Shown here: one piece after another, positions 38,547 to 44,992 of the stretch | How the letters are laid out: every line of letters starts with the position of its first letter | Numbering within the stretch: position 1 is the stretch's first letter | Source: Saprospirales bacterium | GTDB taxonomy: Bacteria; Bacteroidota; Bacteroidia; Chitinophagales; CAMDFR01 | DNA length: 44,992 nt | Assembly (NCBI GenBank): GCA_947464015.1 | Contig: CANHVE010000002.1 | Span: 1-44,992 of the forward strand | Direction: 5' to 3' | The notes under the pieces: generated by a model | Told to the model about the DNA's origin: nothing | What the model saw: only the letters and a program-made list of their open reading frames with translations | Database searches by the model: none | Program-made: the position numbers and the translations under genes

Positions 38547-39476
38547 ATGAAAAAACAAATTCTATTTATCTGGTATTCGCAAACAGGGCAATTGAGTGAG
38601 ATGGTGGCTAAATTAGCTAGTGGTTTCGATAAGAACTTAGTCGATATTGATTTTTGCCAATTTCAATTCAAAGAAAGATTTCCTTTTCCCTGGAAAAAGA
38701 AAAAATTCTTTAATCAAATGCCAGAAGTAGTGCTGGGAATTCCTTTCGATATTGACGAACAGCCTATATCTTTTAAGTCGAAATATGATTTAATCGTATT
38801 TGCTTATCAGCCTTGGTTTTTACATCCATCTTTACCAGCTAGTTCTATCATTCAAGATAAAAATATTCAAGCTATATTAAAAGATACGCCTGTTGTAACG
38901 CTTATTGGTGCTCGAAATATGTGGCTGCATGCACAAGAAAAAATCAAAGAATATTTGATGCAATCAAGCGCTAAGCTTGTCGGCAATATTGTTCTGGTAG
39001 ATGGTGCCAAAAATTTAGAGAGCATGTTCACCGTTCAACGATGGATGTTTAAAGGAAAAAAAGACCCTTACTTTATTTTTCCGGCTGCGGGTATTCACGA
39101 AAAAGATATCGCACGACTACCAGCCTTGGGAAGTATCATCGATAAACATCTTCAGGCGAATACACTAGATCAACTGCAAGCAGCTATCGTGCAACAGCAG
39201 GGAGTAGTGGTTAAAACCCAATTAATACCGCTCGAACAGCGTGGGGTGACTAATTTCAGGAAATTTGCGAAATGGATTTATGCAGCAGGCGATAAAGAGA
39301 GCACCGCTCGAGCCAAACGCGAATGGGTATTTTCTTTTTTGTTGCCTAAGGTAGCCAGTATTTTATCACCTATTACCTTTATAGGCAATCAGATAAAGGG
39401 TGTTTTACTCAAAGAGAAATTAGATCAAGATAAGCAATATTTCGAATCGATTAAGTTCGAAAAAAATAAATTCTAG
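38547..39476 (+). CDS. darA: DarA-like protein (annotated in databases as 'dialkylresorcinol condensing enzyme'; proposed aromatase of the DAR pathway)
   Basis: The flavodoxin-like N-terminus MKKQILFIWYSQTGQLSEMV is typical of DarA homologues. The length is about 309 aa and the gene lies directly upstream of a FabH-like ketosynthase, as in darAB loci of Flavobacterium and Chitinophaga. Confidence 0.7.
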   Translation: MKKQILFIWYSQTGQLSEMVAKLASGFDKNLVDIDFCQFQFKERFPFPWKKKKFFNQMPEVVLGIPFDIDEQPISFKSKYDLIVFAYQPWFLHPSLPASSIIQDKNIQAILKDTPVVTLIGARNMWLHAQEKIKEYLMQSSAKLVGNIVLVDGAKNLESMFTVQRWMFKGKKDPYFIFPAAGIHEKDIARLPALGSIIDKHLQANTLDQLQAAIVQQQGVVVKTQLIPLEQRGVTNFRKFAKWIYAAGDKESTARAKREWVFSFLLPKVASILSPITFIGNQIKGVLLKEKLDQDKQYFESIKFEKNKF

Positions 39477-39608
39477 CTAAACATTTTTAGGTGGTTCCTT
39501 GTTTACAATCGTTTAGGGGCGCTATTTTATTAGGTAAAATTCTAGTATATTCGCACTTCGAAAAAACCCTAAGAATTAATTTATAAAGACATAAAAGCGA
39601 GCTTTGTT

Positions 39609-40745
39609 TTGAAAGAAGTATATATAAATAGAATTAGTAATTTTTTTCCCAATGAGCCAGTTTCGAACGAAGAAATGGAATCTTATTTAGGGATGATTGG
39701 AAATGCTCCTTCTAAATCTAAATCGATTGTATTACGTAATAACGGCATAAAAAGAAGGTTCTACTCTTTTGATAAATCGGGTAAATCTACACATACTTCG
39801 GCACAAATGGCTGCATTGGCTATTGAGAAGTTATTTGATGAAAAAGTAAAAAAAGAGGATATCGATTTTTTAGCTTGTGGCTCTTCTACTCCCGATAGTA
39901 TTTTGCCTTCTCACGCTTCATTAGTGCATGGTGAACTAAAATTAAAACCTGTTGAAATTCTAGCCCCTGGTGGTTCTTGTTGCACTGGTATTCAATCTAT
40001 ATTATTTGCTTATTTATATATCAAAATGGGCATGAAAAAAAACGCCATTACCTCAGGTAGTGAAAAACCTTCTCAGTTGATGTTGGCGCGTAATTTTCAA
40101 CCCGAAAGCGATAATCATTTACGACTAGAACAAAATCCAATCATCGCTTTTGAAAAAGATTTTTTACGTTGGATGTTATCTGACGGTGCTGGTGCAGCAT
40201 TATTGCAAGATAAGCCTAATGAAAATGGACTCTCCTTACGAATCGATTGGATTGAAAGCAGATCGTATGCAGGCGATGTAGATACTTGTATGTATTATGG
40301 CTCTAGAAAAAATAGCGATGGTAAATTAGAAGGTTGGGCTGTTTTGGAACCACAAGAATGGTTAAATGATTCGGTATTCTCAATGAAACAAGATACTAAA
40401 TTATTGGCTGAAAATATTGTTCCATTAGGTGGTAAATTTTTAAAAGAATTAGTAGATAAACACGAGTTAGATATTCAATCTATCAAATATTTTTGTCCGC
40501 ATTTATCCTCTGGATTTTTCAAACAAAAAATCTATGATGAATTACAAAAATTAGGGATTGAAATTACTTATGATAAATGGTTTACCAATTTAGAATATGT
40601 AGGTAATTTAGGATGTGCTTCTATATTTATCATGATTGAAGAATTATTTAATACAGGAAAAATAAACAAAGGGGACAAGATCTTATGTATGGTGCCTGAA
40701 AGTGCCCGTTTCTCCTATGCTTACATGTTACTTACGGCAGTATAA
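39609..40745 (+). CDS. darB: DarB-like beta-ketoacyl synthase III (FabH-family) enzyme; TTG start
   Basis: The thiolase-fold KS III pattern is present. The active-site Cys context is APGGSCCTGIQS, and the C-terminal half has CPHLSS and NLGCASI in His/Asn-like contexts. The length is 378 aa and the gene is paired with the darA-like gene. Confidence 0.75.
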   Translation: MKEVYINRISNFFPNEPVSNEEMESYLGMIGNAPSKSKSIVLRNNGIKRRFYSFDKSGKSTHTSAQMAALAIEKLFDEKVKKEDIDFLACGSSTPDSILPSHASLVHGELKLKPVEILAPGGSCCTGIQSILFAYLYIKMGMKKNAITSGSEKPSQLMLARNFQPESDNHLRLEQNPIIAFEKDFLRWMLSDGAGAALLQDKPNENGLSLRIDWIESRSYAGDVDTCMYYGSRKNSDGKLEGWAVLEPQEWLNDSVFSMKQDTKLLAENIVPLGGKFLKELVDKHELDIQSIKYFCPHLSSGFFKQKIYDELQKLGIEITYDKWFTNLEYVGNLGCASIFIMIEELFNTGKINKGDKILCMVPESARFSYAYMLLTAV

Positions 40746-40748
40746 TCT

Positions 40749-41201
40749 ATGACATTAATCTCTAAAAATAATATACAACAGTATGTACCACAATATCCGC
40801 CATTTTTGATGGTAGATACATTGGATGTATTTGAAGATCAAAAAGCAGTCTCTACGTTTACTATAACTAACGATAATATTTTACTCGATACCTATGGATT
40901 CAGTGATGCTGGTATGTTGGAGAATATGGCTCAAACCTGTGCTTTACATGCGGGATATAAATTTATTCAAGGCGTGAGTTCAGCAGAAACCGCTACTAAT
41001 TCTACTAAAAAAGCACCAGTTGGATTTATTGGTTCTATCAAAGATTATGTAGCTACTCAATATGCACAAGTGGGCGATACAATACATACTGAAGTGGTGA
41101 TAGAGCATAGTATTGGTTTGGCTTCGGTGATACGTGGACAAGTGTTTTTTAAAGAAGAGATGATTGCCACTTGCGAGATGAAGATTTTTTTGTCGGAATA
41201 A
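40749..41201 (+). CDS. Hotdog-fold (FabZ/FabA-like) 3-hydroxyacyl-thioester dehydratase-like protein
   Basis: The sequence reads PPFLMVD...GMLENMAQTCALHAGY, as in FabZ-like dehydratases of aryl-polyene and flexirubin loci. The length is 150 aa and the start is 3 nt after the darB stop. Confidence 0.65.
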   Translation: MTLISKNNIQQYVPQYPPFLMVDTLDVFEDQKAVSTFTITNDNILLDTYGFSDAGMLENMAQTCALHAGYKFIQGVSSAETATNSTKKAPVGFIGSIKDYVATQYAQVGDTIHTEVVIEHSIGLASVIRGQVFFKEEMIATCEMKIFLSE

Positions 41202-41262
41202 AAAGCACATACAAATACTTCTATATTTCTTTCTATTTTTACAATTGACCTAATTTTACATT

Positions 41263-41673
41263 ATGAAAAAAGAGGAAGTCCCACAAGATATTACCAAATT
41301 GGAAAAAGGTCCCATGAATTGGGTGAATTATGTAACCGATGAAAATGGCGAATATACCCGTGCTATTAGTAATGGTTGGGAGCCTGAAAATATTGCCCTT
41401 GAACAAGTGTGGGATGAAGTGAATGCTAATGTAGAAGCCACACGTCAAAAAGTGATTCGTGGCGAGTTAAGTCCTATCGCATATTATCTCGAAAAAAATT
41501 TAATGGATATTCCTTTATTAGCAAGCTATGTAGATAAATGGCAATGGCAGGTAAAAAGACATTTAAAACCTGAGGTTTTTCAATCGCTCAGTGAACAATT
41601 AGTAGAGAAATACGCTTATGTGTTTAAAATAAGTGTAGACGAGTTAAAAAATAATCCATTATTAAAAAAATAA
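41263..41673 (+). CDS. Small hypothetical protein with C-terminal XRE-like helix-turn-helix resemblance
   Basis: The protein is 136 aa. The C-terminal IPLLASYVDKWQWQVKRHLKPEVFQSLSEQLVEKYAYVFKISVDELK resembles the helix 2-3...'DEL' layout of Cro/C1-type HTH domains. No confident family match can be made by eye. Confidence 0.45.
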   Translation: MKKEEVPQDITKLEKGPMNWVNYVTDENGEYTRAISNGWEPENIALEQVWDEVNANVEATRQKVIRGELSPIAYYLEKNLMDIPLLASYVDKWQWQVKRHLKPEVFQSLSEQLVEKYAYVFKISVDELKNNPLLKK

Positions 41674-41679
41674 ATTAAG

Positions 41680-42696
41680 TTGACTGATATAGCACTAAAC
41701 TTCGAACACCGACATAGCGCTCATTGTGAAAATGGCGTTATCTCTAATCTTTTTCGCTATAATGGATTAGATATTAGTGAACCCATGGCATTTGGTATTG
41801 GATCGGGATTGTTTTTTATTCATATCCCTTTTATCAAAGTAAATGGGATTCCCGGTACCTCTTATCGTATCTGGCCCGGACAAATATTTAAACGTGCTTC
41901 TAAACGATTGGGTGTCGAGATGTATTCAGATACTTTTAGAAATCCTAAAAAAGCAAAAGAAGCTCTAGATGCCGCATTAGCAAAAGGTATTCCAGTTGGC
42001 TTAGTAGTGAGCGTATTCTATCTCCCTTATTTACCTGAAGTATTTCGTTTTCATTTTAATGCACACAACTTAGTGGTATATGGCAAAGAAGGCAATGAGT
42101 ATTTGATTAGTGATCCGGTGATGGAACATGTAACACGTATACATGAAGATGATTTAATGCGAGCTCGCTATGCGAAAGGTACACCAGAACCAATGGGTAA
42201 AATGTATTATCCTACGGTGATGCCTAAAGATATCGATATGAAAAAAGCCATTGTAGAAGGGATTTATAAAACAGGCTATGATATGTCGCATATTCCTATT
42301 CCTTTTTTTGGTTCGAAAGCCATTCGTTATTTAGCGAGTAAATTAAAAGATTATCCAGAAAAAGTTGGCGATAGAAAATCGATTTTATATTTAGGAAATA
42401 TCATTCGGATGCAAGAGGAAATTGGGACTGGTGGTGCAGGATTTCGATTTGTGTATGCTGCATTTTTGCACGAAAGTGGAAGAAAATTAGAGAATAATTG
42501 GTTGATCGATAAAAGTAAAGAGTTGACTAAAACGGGCGATTTATGGCGTGATTTTGCGTTTAAAGCGGGACGTGTATGTAAAAATAGAAGTGCCGATAAA
42601 ACTTCTTTCAAAGACTTAAGCGATATATTAGTAGAATGTTCGCATCAAGAAGAAAAATTATTTTTTGAATTATATAGTAAAATTAAAACTATATAA
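41680..42696 (+). CDS. BtrH N-terminal domain / DUF4872-like protein (papain/C39-like fold family, function unknown here); TTG start
   Basis: The N-terminal FEHRHSAHCENGVISNLF..NG...SEPMAFGIGSGLFF resembles the BtrH_N signature (HCE.G). The length is 338 aa. The stop overlaps the ATG of the ABC ATPase gene by 1 nt. Confidence 0.6.
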   Translation: MTDIALNFEHRHSAHCENGVISNLFRYNGLDISEPMAFGIGSGLFFIHIPFIKVNGIPGTSYRIWPGQIFKRASKRLGVEMYSDTFRNPKKAKEALDAALAKGIPVGLVVSVFYLPYLPEVFRFHFNAHNLVVYGKEGNEYLISDPVMEHVTRIHEDDLMRARYAKGTPEPMGKMYYPTVMPKDIDMKKAIVEGIYKTGYDMSHIPIPFFGSKAIRYLASKLKDYPEKVGDRKSILYLGNIIRMQEEIGTGGAGFRFVYAAFLHESGRKLENNWLIDKSKELTKTGDLWRDFAFKAGRVCKNRSADKTSFKDLSDILVECSHQEEKLFFELYSKIKTI

Positions 42697-43439
42697 TGTT
42701 TGCAATCGATCTACAAAATATTCATAAAACCTATGCTGGTAGTACTTCTCCAGCATTGAATGGCGTTCATTTACAAATCAAAGAAGATTGTATATTCGGA
42801 TTATTAGGACCGAATGGTGCTGGAAAAAGTACTACGATTTCATTGATGAGTGGATTGATACAAGCTGATTTAGGAGAGGTATGCATCTTTAATAAAAATA
42901 TCAAACAACATTTATTTGATATCAAATATCAGATTGGTATTGTACCACAAGAATATGCTTTATTTCCTACACTCACATGTTACGAAAACCTTCGTTACTT
43001 CGGCAATCTATATGGCTTGCGAGGAGCAAGCTTAAAACAAAAAATCAAAGATTATTTATTGTTGTTTGGATTAGAAAAAAATGAAGATAAATTAATCAGT
43101 AGTTTTTCAGGAGGTATGAAACGTAGAGTGAATTTGATTGCAGGAATATTGCATGATCCTAAATTGATAATACTCGACGAACCTACTGTAGGAGTGGATG
43201 TTCAAAGCAGAAAAATGATTATCGATTTTTTGAAAAACTATCAACGCGAGAAAAAAATTACGATACTCTATACTTCACATCATTTAGAAGAAGCACAAGA
43301 ATTTTGTGATGATATAGCTATTATCGATCATGGAAAAATTTTGATTGAAGGACAACCGAAAGCCTTGATTCAACAGTATCAAGTAAAAAATTTAGAATCA
43401 TTATTTATCAATTTAACAGGCTACTCAGTAAGAGAATAA
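42696..43439 (+). CDS. ABC transporter ATP-binding protein (ABC-2/DrrA-like exporter subfamily)
   Basis: Motifs seen are Walker A GLLGPNGAGKST, the signature FSGGMKRRV, Walker B LIILDEPTVGVD and the H-loop TSHHLEE. Confidence 0.9.
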   Translation: MFAIDLQNIHKTYAGSTSPALNGVHLQIKEDCIFGLLGPNGAGKSTTISLMSGLIQADLGEVCIFNKNIKQHLFDIKYQIGIVPQEYALFPTLTCYENLRYFGNLYGLRGASLKQKIKDYLLLFGLEKNEDKLISSFSGGMKRRVNLIAGILHDPKLIILDEPTVGVDVQSRKMIIDFLKNYQREKKITILYTSHHLEEAQEFCDDIAIIDHGKILIEGQPKALIQQYQVKNLESLFINLTGYSVRE

Positions 43440-43440
43440 T

Positions 43441-44718
43441 ATGCTACGAATCATTGCCACATTACATAAAGAATTACTGGTTTTATGGAGAGATAAATCT
43501 GGAATGGCATTGCTATTTGTGATGCCCTTGGTATTGATTATTCTGATGGCATTGATACAAGATGCTCCTTTTAAAGATTTTCAAAATATCAAATTTGAAA
43601 TTACGATTGTAGATGAAGACAAAGCTGCACTTAGCAAACAGTTGATAAAAGCTTTGCAAAAAAGCAATAAGTTTACGGTAGAGCAGAGCAATGATTTAGC
43701 ACAATCGAGAAAAGAGATTAATGCCGGTAAAAAAAAGATATTATTATTTATACCAAAAGGAGCCAATTCACAGATGGAGGCACATGCTTCGGTATTAGTG
43801 AAACAATTGCTCAAACAACTAGGATTATCGCCTGATACAGCTAGTAAAATCAGTTTAGATAAATTACATATCTCCATTTATTTTGATCCTACTTCTAACA
43901 AAACATTTAAGAATGCTATTCAAAATGCGTTGAATCAGTTTGTAGCCAAAACAGAAACAGAATTTATTTTAGAAAGCATGATGCAGGAGTTGGGCTCTAG
44001 TACTGCTGCGAAAGAAAATCCACCTTTCGAAGATATTAATTTTATTAGTATAGAAGAAGTACCCAGCAATTCGGATTTAACACAACTTGAAAAAGTAGCG
44101 AATAGTGTGCAACATAATGTGCCTGCCTGGACAATTTTTGCGATGTTTTTTATAGTCATTCCATTGGGAGGCGCATTGCTCAAAGAACGCGAAGATGGTA
44201 GTTTATTACGCATGAAATTGATGCCTGGATCATATTTTCAAATACAATTAGGGAAGGTATTATTTTATGTGATTGTATGTGTGATTCAATTTTATTTGAT
44301 GATGTTGGTCGGTATATTTTTAATGCCTTATATCGGACTCAGCTCCTTGAATATGGGCTCTAGTCCATTTGCTTTATTTGTATTAGCAGTAAGTATTTCA
44401 TTAGCCGCTACCACTTATGGAATCATGATTGGTTCGGTATTTAAAACCGCACAACAATCGCTCACCTTTGGAAGTATATCGGTAGTAATATTTTCAGCAA
44501 TTGGAGGCATTTGGGTACCCATATTTATTTTGCCACCGGTGATGCAAAAAGTAGCGGCTTTTTCGCCTTTGAATTGGGGTTTAAGTGGAGTGAATGATTT
44601 GTTTTTACGCAATCAAAATCTACTTTTTATCCTGCCAAGTATATTGAAATTACTAGTATTTTCAATAGTTTGTATGCTGATATCTAAATGGGCGGAGAAT
44701 AAAAATGCTCGTGGGTAA
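43441..44718 (+). CDS. ABC-2 family transporter permease
   Basis: It has an N-terminal TM helix, a large extracytoplasmic loop of about 200 aa and five C-terminal TM helices. The start is 1 nt after the ATPase stop. Confidence 0.8.
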   Translation: MLRIIATLHKELLVLWRDKSGMALLFVMPLVLIILMALIQDAPFKDFQNIKFEITIVDEDKAALSKQLIKALQKSNKFTVEQSNDLAQSRKEINAGKKKILLFIPKGANSQMEAHASVLVKQLLKQLGLSPDTASKISLDKLHISIYFDPTSNKTFKNAIQNALNQFVAKTETEFILESMMQELGSSTAAKENPPFEDINFISIEEVPSNSDLTQLEKVANSVQHNVPAWTIFAMFFIVIPLGGALLKEREDGSLLRMKLMPGSYFQIQLGKVLFYVIVCVIQFYLMMLVGIFLMPYIGLSSLNMGSSPFALFVLAVSISLAATTYGIMIGSVFKTAQQSLTFGSISVVIFSAIGGIWVPIFILPPVMQKVAAFSPLNWGLSGVNDLFLRNQNLLFILPSILKLLVFSIVCMLISKWAENKNARG

Positions 44719-44862
44719 GAGAGTTTTAAATGTTGAGTGTTGAATGTTTAATTATTGAACGAGCTCCAAATCTATTTATTTTATATACTTGAAATTAAAG
44801 TTTTAGATTAATTGTAAACTATACATAGCTGAAATGACATAATTGAATTAAAAAAAATCATT

Positions 44863-44870
44863 TACCTTTG
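44863..44870 (+). promoter_or_regulatory. -7 box TACCTTTG upstream of the DUF1599-like gene
   Basis: It matches TAnnTTTG and ends 8 nt before the ATG at 44879. Confidence 0.4.
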
Positions 44871-44878
44871 TTCTAATA

Positions 44879-44992
44879 ATGAGTCAGCAAACCGAAAAAG
44901 AATTCGATCAAGTAATTGCTAGTTGCAAAGATGTTTTTATCAAAAAGATAAAAGACTATGGCACCTCTTGGCGTATTTTACGTCCCAGTTCA
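44879..44992 (+). CDS. DUF1599-like protein, N-terminal fragment (continues beyond the window)
   Basis: My translation reads MSQQTEKEFDQVIASCKDVFIKKIKDYGTSWRILRPSS. The KDYG.(S/A)WRILR motif is as I recall for DUF1599 proteins of Bacteroidota. The frame is open at the window edge and is not in the ORF track. Confidence 0.55.
   Translation, partial: MSQQTEKEFDQVIASCKDVFIKKIKDYGTSWRILRPSS

Noticed and set aside
44730-44792. A 20-aa ORF (MLSVECLIIERAPNLFILYT) just downstream of the ABC-2 exporter, considered as a possible RiPP or bacteriocin precursor.
   Set aside because: It has no promoter box or ribosome-binding context, no leader or core-like features, and a length expected by chance. The BtrH-like protein is better explained in the DAR lipid context.

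Overview
This is a low-GC chromosomal window with clear Bacteroidota signatures. Four predicted T9SS cargo proteins are present: two with type-B 'gliding motility-associated' C-terminal domains (CTDs) and two with type-A Por CTDs. TAnnTTTG -7 promoter boxes sit in front of many genes, there is an sdhCAB operon of the cytochrome-b558 type, and TTG/GTG starts are frequent. I saw no transposase, integrase, CRISPR array or recognisable defence gene. Most of the window is housekeeping. It includes a membrane pyrophosphatase (open at the left edge and missing from the ORF track), ribE, dapF, htrA, ribBA, two glycosyltransferases, sdhCAB, dedA, two APC permeases, yciH, a cysteine desulfurase, tRNA-Met(CAT), pnuC, an M14 carboxypeptidase and rplS. 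The most distinctive block is 38.5-44.7 kb, a compact seven-gene unit of darA-like, darB-like (FabH-type ketosynthase), hotdog dehydratase, a small HTH-like protein, a BtrH/DUF4872-like protein, and an ABC ATPase plus ABC-2 permease. It resembles the dialkylresorcinol (DAR) part of flexirubin loci but sits alone next to rplS, with no polyene or ACP genes in view. Other points worth a second look are listed here. (1) The pyrophosphatase carries a Cys/His-rich C-terminal extension that runs off the window. (2) A TMEM97/EBP (EXPERA)-like four-TM protein is apparently co-transcribed with a DUF2490 outer-membrane (OM) barrel. (3) A secreted protein combines a CxxCH motif, a copper-monooxygenase-like core and a T9SS CTD. 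(4) A roughly 420-bp non-coding region upstream of rplS has two REP-like palindromes and a GC-richer core. (5) Several -7 boxes lie only 7-12 nt from the ATG. All functional calls come from reading motifs by eye, with no database search.
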